DNA of 64,000 nt, from NCBI GenBank assembly GCA_030429625.1, contig JAUIFA010000004.1, positions 205,568-269,567 of the forward strand, read 5' to 3'. This stretch comes from Alphaproteobacteria bacterium (GTDB lineage: Bacteria; Pseudomonadota; Alphaproteobacteria; Rickettsiales; UBA8987). A model generated the notes under the pieces. It was not told where the DNA came from, searched no databases, and worked only from the letters and a program-made list of their open reading frames with translations. Position numbers and translations under genes: made by a program. This document shows positions 9,564-17,729 of the stretch, piece by piece. Positions within the stretch are counted from its first letter, which is position 1. Every line of letters starts with the position of its first letter.

Positions 9564-10399
9564 TAGTTCGTAAATCTTTGGCCCTTATGCTGGTTATGCT
9601 TTCATTACTGAATGTAGGCATTGCAATGGCAGGAGAGCCACTTTCGGCAGACAGTCGCATCAGAACATTTGTTTATAGTGAAAATGAAGTCTTTAGGCTT
9701 GTGACGAGGTTTGGTTACCAGTCAAACATAGAGCTTGGAAAAGAAGAAGAAATATTAACCCTTTCGGTTGGGGATGCCAGTGCGTTTAAAATAACGCCTT
9801 CTACGGGTAGGATTTTTGTCAAAGCCATGCGCAATGACAGCATCACGAATATGACTCTGGTAACAAACAAGCGTGCCTATCAGTTTGAGCTTTCGTCTGT
9901 GGTGGAGTCAAATAGGGATATTATTTACGTAATGCGCTTCTTTTATCCTAGTGCGCCAGGTGATGATGAGTATGGTAGCAAAAACATCTCTCCTCAAGAA
10001 ATCAAAAAGAGGATAATGGCTTCACGTGTGCCATCAGCCTCAAAGGGATCGGGTGACGCGCAGAGATACAGTTTTGATATTGCACAGAGTTCAGCAGACA
10101 TGCAAATAAAATCGGTGTTAAATACCCAATATTCTAAAAGTGGGGATATGACTATTGCGCCAGAAAGAGTTTTTGATGATGGAAGGTCAACATTTTTTAA
10201 ATTTGCAGACAGCATTGCCTATGTTCCATCTTTTTACACCGTCTTAGAAAATGGTAATGAGCGCTCTATACCTGCCCGTAAGGAAGGGTTATATGTTGTG
10301 GTAAGTGGTATATATCCAAAACTGGCATTGCGCTCGGGGCCTTCAGTTATATGTATTTTTAATGACAAAATATCTCCTAGGAAACTAGCAGCAGGGTAG
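9560..10399 (+). CDS. virB9: Type IV secretion system protein VirB9
   Basis: 279 aa. Signal peptide MLVMLSLLNVGIAMA and N-domain IRTFVYSENEVFRLVTRFGYQSNIEL...VGDASAFKITP. The start overlaps the virB8 stop (ATGA). Confidence 0.88.
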   Translation: MIVRKSLALMLVMLSLLNVGIAMAGEPLSADSRIRTFVYSENEVFRLVTRFGYQSNIELGKEEEILTLSVGDASAFKITPSTGRIFVKAMRNDSITNMTLVTNKRAYQFELSSVVESNRDIIYVMRFFYPSAPGDDEYGSKNISPQEIKKRIMASRVPSASKGSGDAQRYSFDIAQSSADMQIKSVLNTQYSKSGDMTIAPERVFDDGRSTFFKFADSIAYVPSFYTVLENGNERSIPARKEGLYVVVSGIYPKLALRSGPSVICIFNDKISPRKLAAG

Positions 10400-10403
10400 T
10401 GGA

Positions 10404-11687
10404 ATGGTTAAAGACAAAAACGAATACACAGAAGATCAAAATCAGGAAGTAAGCGATCAGCAGTCTTCTTGGTCACAAGATGATTTGGAAAATGAGGAAC
10501 AAAAACCTGCGGTCGCTGAAAGCGGCAATAAGGGTAAGCTTGTTGTAATTATAGTGGGTGTGGTGGTGTTATTCCTCCTATATTCTATCTTCACCGAGGA
10601 AGAGCAAAAACCCTCAAACACAGTCAATGTTGAAGACATTGTTCAAAAGGCACAAGGGCCGGTTGGCAGCGTTGCTTCTCGTTCGTCTATGCCGTTGGAC
10701 ATTGAACCTCCTATGCCTCCTGCGGCTGAGATGGCGAGTGTGCCCCCTCCTCCTCCCCCTCCTCCGCCGCCAGCACCTCCGGTGATTGAGGCTCCTCCAC
10801 CAATTGAGTCTCCAAATAAGGTTTTTGGTGGTTTTGGCGCGGGATTTACGATTCCCAAAGAAATTGAAGGGAGAATTAAGTCGAAAATGTTTGTGTCTGG
10901 CAGTGGAGGCGGCAGCGGTGGTATGTCACGTTCAGAAAATTCAGGTTTTTTCGGTGGTGGAAGCAGCAGCAGTCGTGAAAACGTTCCTTCATCTATTGCA
11001 GCAAGTCTTGCTCCCTCAAGTGCGGTGTATGTGGATGCCACATTGGCTAGCGACCCACGTTATACTATTGGTATGGGCAAGATTATGGATGCGGTGCTTG
11101 AAACAGGCATTAACACCCAGCTTCCAGGCATATTGCGTGCGGTCATTAGTCAGGATGTTTACGCTGAGCAGGGTCGGGCAATTCTGATCCCTAGAGGCTC
11201 TCGTCTGATTGGTGTATATGATACTGAGATTTCTCGCGGACAAGGGCGTGTGTTTATCACATGGAACCGTGTCATAAGACCTGATGGAATCGATATTATG
11301 ATTGATAGTCCTGCGGCGGATCTTCTGGGTCGTGCCGGTATGGAAGGTGAGGTTGATTCACGTTACCTTGAGATATTTAGCAATTCAATCCTTCTGAGTA
11401 CGCTAAGCGTAGCGTTTGCAGTTGCGGGGGATGAGATTGTTGACGGGGGTAGTGTGACGCAAGGTGAAACCGGCAGCGGTGATGCAACACAAAGTGGTAG
11501 CGTTGGCAGTATTGCCCTGCTTGATGCGGTGGATGATTTCGGGAATACGGTTGAAGGTGTTGCCAGAGATTTGATTGATATCAGCCCAATTATAACAGTG
11601 GATCAGGGGACTAGAATTAAAGTTTTTGCCAATAAGGATATTAAATTCCCGACAGGTTTTGGTTCTGGTGTAGAAGTAATTAGATAG
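10404..11687 (+). CDS. virB10: Type IV secretion system protein VirB10 (TrbI family)
   Basis: 427 aa. Acidic N-terminus, TM helix LVVIIVGVVVLFLLY, poly-proline tract PPPPPPPPPPAPP, Gly/Ser-rich linker, and a C-terminal TrbI-like barrel (ILIPRGSRLIGVYD...VFITWNRVIRPDG...VDQGTRIKVF). Confidence 0.92.
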   Translation: MVKDKNEYTEDQNQEVSDQQSSWSQDDLENEEQKPAVAESGNKGKLVVIIVGVVVLFLLYSIFTEEEQKPSNTVNVEDIVQKAQGPVGSVASRSSMPLDIEPPMPPAAEMASVPPPPPPPPPPAPPVIEAPPPIESPNKVFGGFGAGFTIPKEIEGRIKSKMFVSGSGGGSGGMSRSENSGFFGGGSSSSRENVPSSIAASLAPSSAVYVDATLASDPRYTIGMGKIMDAVLETGINTQLPGILRAVISQDVYAEQGRAILIPRGSRLIGVYDTEISRGQGRVFITWNRVIRPDGIDIMIDSPAADLLGRAGMEGEVDSRYLEIFSNSILLSTLSVAFAVAGDEIVDGGSVTQGETGSGDATQSGSVGSIALLDAVDDFGNTVEGVARDLIDISPIITVDQGTRIKVFANKDIKFPTGFGSGVEVIR

Positions 11688-12668
11688 ATGAGTTTAGCAG
11701 CCTTAGATGCTTTTTTAGGCCCCATTCGTGAGATATTGGAGAGGGAAGGTGTAAATGAGATCTCCATTAACAGACCTCATGAAGTTTGGCTTGAATCTAA
11801 GGGTGAATTCATTACTGAGCACATACCTGATCTCACGCTGGACCATTTAAAGTCTTTGGCTCGATTGATAGCCCAATCTACAAATCAGGTTATCAGTGAA
11901 GAAAAACCCTTGCTTTCGGCCACATTACCCGCAGGATATCGTATCCAGATTGTCTATCCCCCTGCCGTTGAACCGGGCACATTGGCGATGTCTATTCGTA
12001 AGGCCAATGCGCTTTCTCTTTCTTTGAAGCAATACGAGGCTCTGGGTGCTTTCCAGAGTACGTCAAACCGTGCCATTGGGGATAAAAATAACGCACGACT
12101 GAAAAAATTGCTTGATGATGGCGAGATACGTAAATTTCTCAGTGAGGCTGTTAAAGCCAAGAAAAATATGATTGTGAGCGGGGGTACGTCTTCGGGTAAA
12201 ACAACATTCTTGAATGCGGCCTTGGGTGAAATTCCCTTTAATGAAAGGCTTATTACGATTGAGGATGCGCGTGAGATTTCTCTCAATCAGCCCAATAGGG
12301 TACATTTGATGGTCTCAAAAGGGGATCAGGGTCGGGCAAAAGTCAGTACGATGGATTTGATTGAAGCATGTTTACGGCTTGCTCCCTCCCGTGTTTTGGT
12401 GGGTGAGTTGCGTGGCGCTGAGGCATTTAGCTTTTTACGTGCGGTCAATACAGGGCACCCAGGTTCTGTAGCCACGTTGCACGCGGACACACCAGCGCTA
12501 GCTTTTGAACAATTGGTGATGATGGTGATGCAGGCCGGTATTGGCATGACGCGTGAAGAAATTGTCCGCTATATTCATGATGTGATAGAAATTGTGGTGC
12601 AGCTTAAGAAAGGCGCAGGCGGGCGGCGTTATGTGTCTGAGATATATTTTAATCCCATAGACATGTAA
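11688..12668 (+). CDS. virB11: Type IV secretion ATPase VirB11
   Basis: 326 aa. Walker A GGTSSGKTT, His box TGHPGSVATLHA, and RVLVGELRG. It starts 1 nt after the virB10 stop. Confidence 0.95.
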   Translation: MSLAALDAFLGPIREILEREGVNEISINRPHEVWLESKGEFITEHIPDLTLDHLKSLARLIAQSTNQVISEEKPLLSATLPAGYRIQIVYPPAVEPGTLAMSIRKANALSLSLKQYEALGAFQSTSNRAIGDKNNARLKKLLDDGEIRKFLSEAVKAKKNMIVSGGTSSGKTTFLNAALGEIPFNERLITIEDAREISLNQPNRVHLMVSKGDQGRAKVSTMDLIEACLRLAPSRVLVGELRGAEAFSFLRAVNTGHPGSVATLHADTPALAFEQLVMMVMQAGIGMTREEIVRYIHDVIEIVVQLKKGAGGRRYVSEIYFNPIDM

Positions 12669-12756
12669 TATTTTGACTAACGGTTCTTAGAAGATTATAT
12701 TCCAGATGCTGTGTTTTTTGACATTAGGTGTAGATTAAGAGTCTGAGGGGTTTGGT

Positions 12757-14694
12757 TTGGCGGCTCATAATATTAAAAATAATTTGCTTATTGGCATTGT
12801 GGTTCTCACGGTGTTTGCCGGATGTTTTCTTTTCGGGAGTATCATTCCTACCTATATTATGGTGCATGGATTTGATAAATTTAGCTTTGATGGGCTGTTT
12901 TCAAAATACGAGGAGATATTGGCGTATTGGTGGAAGTGGCGCAGCAATCCTCACCCCTCAATACAAACCTTAACATTACAGATATTCGGCCCTATGGGTG
13001 GTTCGGCGGCACTTTTTGGGGTGTGTATTTTCTTGTTACGTGCGCCATTGTTTGACGTACGTCCCTTTAAGAAGAAAGAATTACTGCACGGTGATGCACG
13101 TTGGGCGACGGAAGCAGACGTAAAGAAAATGGGGTTGCGCTCCAAACATGGTGTGTTGTTGGGCAACAGTCCACGTGGGTATTTATGCGCGGATGGTTTC
13201 CAACATGTATTATTATTTGCTCCTACCGGTTCGGGTAAAGGTGTGGGATTTGTTATTCCTAACCTCCTATGGTGGCAGGATTCGGTGGTGGTACACGATA
13301 TTAAGCTGGAAAACTATGAGCTTACCAGTGGCTATCGCCAGAAAGTGCTTAAGCAGAAAGTGTATCTTTGGAATGCCGCCAGCCCTGATGGGGTGACGCA
13401 TTGTTATAATCCGTTTGATTGGGTGAGTACCAAGATGGGGCAGATGGTTGACGATATCCAAAAAATCAGTAACCTTCTTTGTCCAGAGCAGGAGTTCTGG
13501 GAGAACGAAGCCCGCTCTCTGTTTGTTGGGGTTTCCCTGTATCTTTTGGCCTGTAAGGACAAGGTAGCCTCTTTAGGAGAGGTGGTCCGAACGTTACGCA
13601 GTGACGATGTGGTGTATAATCTGGCGGTGGTGTTGGATACGATGGGCAAAGAGATTCATCCTGTGTCGTACATGAACCTTGCGGCTTTTTTGCAAAAAGC
13701 AGACAAAGAACGTTCGGGTGTAATTTCCACATTAAACTCCAAACTGGAATTATGGACAAACCCATTGATTGATGCAGCCACTGCATCGAGTGATTTTGAT
13801 TTTAATAAAATCAAAAAAGAACGCATGACTATTTATGTTGGTTTAACACCGGACAATATTGACCGTTTAAAACCACTGATGCAGATTTTCTATCAACAAG
13901 CCGCACAGATAATGACCAAACATATGCCCCGTCCCGATGAGCCAGTTGGGGTAATGCTTTTGATGGACGAGTTCCCAACTTTGGGGAATATGGCACAATT
14001 TAAACAAGGGATTGCCTATTTCCGTGGGTATAAAGTACGGCTTTTCTTAATTATTCAGGATACCGAACAATTAAAAGATATTTATGAAGAAGCCGGAATG
14101 AATTCATTTCTGGCCAACTCAACTTACCGCGTCACTTTTGCGGCCAATACGGTGCAAACGGCAGAGTTAATCTCTAACCTTATTGGGAACAAAACCGTAA
14201 CCCAGCTTTCCCGTAACTCTCCGGTGTTCTTGGATTTGAACCCAGCATCACGTTCCAAAACAGTTTCAGAAGCACAACGGGCACTGTTGTTGCCACAGGA
14301 AGTTATTGGTTTGCCGCGAGATCAGGAAATTATATTGATTGAGTCTGAGCCGCCGATTCGAACCAAGAAGATTTTCTATTATAAAGACAAATTCTTCACC
14401 AGTAAGTTAATGGACATGGTGCATATTCCTACTCAAGAGCCGTTTGATCCGGAAAAGAAAAAACGTGAACTGGAAGAAAAATTGCGGCGGGAGGAAGAAG
14501 AACGTGCACGCATAGAGGCCGAGAGACAGGCAAAAGAATCGGAAGAAAGGGGTGCTGAAACGTCACAAGATCAGGAAAATGAGCCTATCAAAATAGAGCG
14601 GCCAAAACGCAATATGCGACCCTTCCCATCAACGTTAGAAGAAGAAAAAGACAGTGACACACAGGAGGATGAAGAACAACCATCGGGTCAGTAA
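12757..14694 (+). CDS. virD4: Type IV coupling protein VirD4 (TraG/TraD family) with a long charged C-terminal tail
   Basis: 645 aa, TTG start with GAGGGG upstream. Two N-terminal TM helices, Walker A FAPTGSGKGVGFVIPN, and Walker B MLLMDEFPTLG. Confidence 0.92.
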   Translation: MAAHNIKNNLLIGIVVLTVFAGCFLFGSIIPTYIMVHGFDKFSFDGLFSKYEEILAYWWKWRSNPHPSIQTLTLQIFGPMGGSAALFGVCIFLLRAPLFDVRPFKKKELLHGDARWATEADVKKMGLRSKHGVLLGNSPRGYLCADGFQHVLLFAPTGSGKGVGFVIPNLLWWQDSVVVHDIKLENYELTSGYRQKVLKQKVYLWNAASPDGVTHCYNPFDWVSTKMGQMVDDIQKISNLLCPEQEFWENEARSLFVGVSLYLLACKDKVASLGEVVRTLRSDDVVYNLAVVLDTMGKEIHPVSYMNLAAFLQKADKERSGVISTLNSKLELWTNPLIDAATASSDFDFNKIKKERMTIYVGLTPDNIDRLKPLMQIFYQQAAQIMTKHMPRPDEPVGVMLLMDEFPTLGNMAQFKQGIAYFRGYKVRLFLIIQDTEQLKDIYEEAGMNSFLANSTYRVTFAANTVQTAELISNLIGNKTVTQLSRNSPVFLDLNPASRSKTVSEAQRALLLPQEVIGLPRDQEIILIESEPPIRTKKIFYYKDKFFTSKLMDMVHIPTQEPFDPEKKKRELEEKLRREEEERARIEAERQAKESEERGAETSQDQENEPIKIERPKRNMRPFPSTLEEEKDSDTQEDEEQPSGQ

Positions 14695-14709
14695 TCTTAG
14701 GAGAAAACT

Positions 14710-15492
14710 ATGTTAAACGATAAAGTTGCACTCATTACCGGTTCGACAAGTGGAATTGGGCTGGGGATAGCACATGAGCTGGCAAACCAAGGCTGTAAAA
14801 TTATGCTAAACGGTTTTGGAGATCCACTGGAAATTGACGCCATAAGAGAAGCCATAGAAACCAAATATTCTGTTGAGGTTCAGTTTCTTGGGGCAGACCT
14901 TGGTCACAGTGTTGAGGCAACGGAACTCATTGAAGAAACCGAGGCAGCTTTTGGTCGTATCGACATATTGGTTAACAATGCGGGCATTCAGCATGTTAGT
15001 CCAATAGAGGCGTTTCCTATCGAAAAATGGGAGGACATCATTAATATCAATCTTTCGGCTGCATTTTACACAATAAGGGCGGCGTTGCCAAAGATGCGGG
15101 AAAAAGGGTGGGGACGAATTATTAATGTGGCTTCGGCGCATGGCAAGGTTGCTAGCGTTAATAAAGCTGCTTATGTTGCGGCAAAGCATGGCATCGTTGG
15201 TCTTACAAAAGTTGTTGGCCTTGAAACCGCGCAGGAAAATATTACCTGTAATGCGATTTGTCCAGGCTGGGTAAAGACCCCGTTGGTAGAAAAACAGATA
15301 GATACTATTGCGGAACGTGAGGGTATATCGGTTGATGAGGCAAGTCGAAAATTGCTGGGAGACAAGCAGCCCTCTATGCGGTTTGTAAGTCCGGAGGAGA
15401 TTGGAGCAATGGCGGTATATCTGTGCAGTGAGGTGGCAAGTAATGTCACCGGAACAGCCATTTCCATTGACGGTGGTTGGACGGCGCAATAA
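14710..15492 (+). CDS. bdhA: 3-hydroxybutyrate dehydrogenase (short-chain dehydrogenase/reductase)
   Basis: 260 aa. TGSTSGIGLGIA cofactor motif, NNAGIQ, and catalytic YVAAKHG. The overall pattern resembles D-beta-hydroxybutyrate dehydrogenases. Confidence 0.85.
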   Translation: MLNDKVALITGSTSGIGLGIAHELANQGCKIMLNGFGDPLEIDAIREAIETKYSVEVQFLGADLGHSVEATELIEETEAAFGRIDILVNNAGIQHVSPIEAFPIEKWEDIININLSAAFYTIRAALPKMREKGWGRIINVASAHGKVASVNKAAYVAAKHGIVGLTKVVGLETAQENITCNAICPGWVKTPLVEKQIDTIAEREGISVDEASRKLLGDKQPSMRFVSPEEIGAMAVYLCSEVASNVTGTAISIDGGWTAQ

Positions 15493-15541
15493 ATTTCTTG
15501 CCCAAATGTTACAATTATGTTACATTAAGCGCCATATTAAT

Positions 15542-15976
15542 ATGAATATTAGCAATATGGCAGATATATTAGAAGAAATGGATCAGATTCACGAAGGGCG
15601 GGAATTGTTTGGTTCACGCATGGTCAAGGCTGGTCTAATCACGCAGGATCAGTGCAATGTTGTGCTTAACATTCAGGTTCAGCTGCGTGTGGACGGTGAC
15701 AATCTGCGTTTTGGTGATATTGCGATTGAGCAAGGGTTCTGCTCTCCGGATCAGATAGAAAACATGTCTGGCTTTATTGGAAAACAGATGAAAGAAGCGG
15801 GTCTGTTAACGCCGGAACAACAAGATGCACTGGTGCAATGGCAGAGTAAGTTACGCTCAAAAGGTTTTAGTGTTCGCTTTGGAGATCTTTTGGTAAGTGA
15901 GGGCTTCTGCACCCGTGAGGAAGTTGAAAAGCTTCTGGGTATGATGGAAGGCAGCCCCTCTGATTCGGTACATTAA
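15542..15976 (+). CDS. Hypothetical protein made of two MshEN/T2SSE_N-like repeat modules
   Basis: The track ORF at 15401 overlaps bdhA. In-frame ATGs after the bdhA stop are at 15506, 15542 and 15557, and none has a clear SD. It contains two internal repeats, GSRMVKAGLITQDQ...LRFGDIAIEQGFCSPDQIE and GKQMKEAGLLTPEQ...VRFGDLLVSEGFCTREEVE. It is a paralogue of 52079-52921. Confidence 0.65.
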   Translation: MNISNMADILEEMDQIHEGRELFGSRMVKAGLITQDQCNVVLNIQVQLRVDGDNLRFGDIAIEQGFCSPDQIENMSGFIGKQMKEAGLLTPEQQDALVQWQSKLRSKGFSVRFGDLLVSEGFCTREEVEKLLGMMEGSPSDSVH

Positions 15977-16074
15977 TCGGCAGACATAAAATTTCTATTT
16001 AACCCCTCGGTTATATACTTTACTTTAAAAACAAAGCTTTTATACTTGCAAACGATATCAATTTGGAGAGAGAG

Positions 16075-17364
16075 ATGTCTGTAACGGCAATGACTGTGTC
16101 TATGGATAATGTTCAAAATGAAGTTCTTGAAATAGCAAAACGTGCTAAAGACGCTGCCTATGAGATTGCAGCAGCGAATTCTGATGTAAAAAACAGGGCA
16201 TTATTAGAGGCCGCAAAATCAATAAGAAGCCGTATGTCAGACATACAGGCGGCCAATGATATTGATGTAAGCTTAGCAAAAGACAATGGCATCACTGGTT
16301 CGTTCCTTGATAGACTGGTTCTTAATGAGGCGCGCATTGAGGCGATGGCAAAGGGGCTAGAAGACATTGCCGCGTTGGAGGATCCTGTGGGCAGAGAGCT
16401 TGCAAGTTGGAGTCGCAAGGAAAACGGCTTGAATATAAAGCGGGTGGCTGTACCTTTGGGGGTTATTGGGGTAATTTATGAATCGCGTCCCAACGTGACG
16501 GCTGATGCCGGTGCGTTGTGCTTGAAGGCAGGTAATTGTGCGATATTACGCGGCGGGTCGGAGAGCTTAAATTCGTCCAAAGCCATTATGGAATCATTAC
16601 ACAAAGGCTTAAAAGAAGCCGGTCTTTGCCAAGACATAATTCAACTTATTCCCACCAAAGATAGGCAAGCAGTTGGCCATATGTTACAACTATCAGACTA
16701 TATTGATGTGATCATTCCTCGCGGCGGAAAAAGCTTGATACAGCGCATCATTGATGAGAGTAAAATACCTACCTTTCAACATCTTGATGGCAATTGTCAC
16801 AGCTATGTTCATGGCGATGCAGACATTCAAAAAGCCGTATCGGTGATTGTAAACGCAAAAATGCGGCGCACAGGAATTTGCGGTGCGACCGAATCTGTCG
16901 TTGTCGATAGAAGCATTGCCGATCGGTTGGTGCCAGAGCTGGTTGATGTGCTGGATAAGAAGAATTGTGAAGTGCGCGGAGGGCAAGACGTACAGGCTAT
17001 AGATTCTCGGGTTAAAAAAGCGTCAGAAGAAGATTACGATACCGAATATCTTGATGCGATTCTTTCGGTCAAAATCGTCGAGAATATTGATCAGGCCATT
17101 TCTTTTATCAATCAGCATGGGTCTCATCATACGGATGCGATTATGACCGAAGACAATGCGGCCGCAGAAAAATTTCTTAATGGAGTGGACAGCGCCATTG
17201 TTATGCTCAATACGTCTACCCAATTTGCCGATGGTGGCGAGTTTGGTATGGGCGCAGAAATAGGCATTGCCACAGGCAAGCTGCACGCGCGCGGACCGGT
17301 AGGCATTGAGCAATTATGTACGTTTAAATATCAGGTTCGTAGCGATGGAGCAACAAGAGTATAG
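16075..17364 (+). CDS. proA: Gamma-glutamyl phosphate reductase
   Basis: The ATG at 16075 follows GGAGAGAGAG; the track ORF starts at a TTG 12 nt upstream. Aldehyde-dehydrogenase-like ProA pattern (VIGVIYESRPNVT, HLDGNCH, catalytic Cys in TGICGATES, HGSHHTDAI). Confidence 0.95.
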   Translation: MSVTAMTVSMDNVQNEVLEIAKRAKDAAYEIAAANSDVKNRALLEAAKSIRSRMSDIQAANDIDVSLAKDNGITGSFLDRLVLNEARIEAMAKGLEDIAALEDPVGRELASWSRKENGLNIKRVAVPLGVIGVIYESRPNVTADAGALCLKAGNCAILRGGSESLNSSKAIMESLHKGLKEAGLCQDIIQLIPTKDRQAVGHMLQLSDYIDVIIPRGGKSLIQRIIDESKIPTFQHLDGNCHSYVHGDADIQKAVSVIVNAKMRRTGICGATESVVVDRSIADRLVPELVDVLDKKNCEVRGGQDVQAIDSRVKKASEEDYDTEYLDAILSVKIVENIDQAISFINQHGSHHTDAIMTEDNAAAEKFLNGVDSAIVMLNTSTQFADGGEFGMGAEIGIATGKLHARGPVGIEQLCTFKYQVRSDGATRV

Positions 17365-17408
17365 GTTACTAAACCGAAAGGTTAATAAATAGAGTATCAA
17401 GGAATTAT

Positions 17409-17699
17409 ATGGCAAAAAAATATTCATCTAAAGAGCTTGATGCGGTGTTTCATAGTCTGGCAAATGCCACACGACGTAAGATCATTGCCCGGTTATGTGA
17501 AACTCCTTGTACAGTGAGTCAGTTGGCTGAGCCTTTTGAGATGTCAATGGCGGCGGTTTCTAAGCATATAAAGGTGCTCGAGAAGGCGAATCTGGTGCGT
17601 AAAGAAAATGATGGTACCATTCACCGTTGCCACATTAATGCTGAGCCAGCCATATCGGCAGGTGCGTTTGTAAAGTTCCTTGAAAATAAGGCTGAATAA
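17409..17699 (+). CDS. ArsR/SmtB family transcriptional regulator
   Basis: 96 aa. FHSLANATRRKIIARL...TVSQLAEPFEMSMAAVSKHIKVLEKANLV is a typical winged-HTH ArsR signature. Confidence 0.85.
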   Translation: MAKKYSSKELDAVFHSLANATRRKIIARLCETPCTVSQLAEPFEMSMAAVSKHIKVLEKANLVRKENDGTIHRCHINAEPAISAGAFVKFLENKAE

Positions 17700-17702
17700 C
17701 TA

Positions 17703-17729
17703 ACTTAACCATATAGTTAAGTATTTTCT
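17703..17729 (+). terminator. Weak AT-rich hairpin plus T-run between the convergent arsR-like and uvrD genes
   Basis: ACTTAAC (17703-17709), a 6-nt loop, GTTAAGT (17716-17722), then ATTTTCT. The right arm overlaps the uvrD stop codon. The stem is AT-rich and short. Confidence 0.2.

Noticed and set aside
14806-15489. A 227-aa minus-strand ORF (and a 98-aa ORF at 15171-15467) opposite bdhA
   Set aside because: It lies entirely antisense to a well-supported SDR gene, has no recognisable motifs, and has an odd composition. This is a typical shadow ORF.
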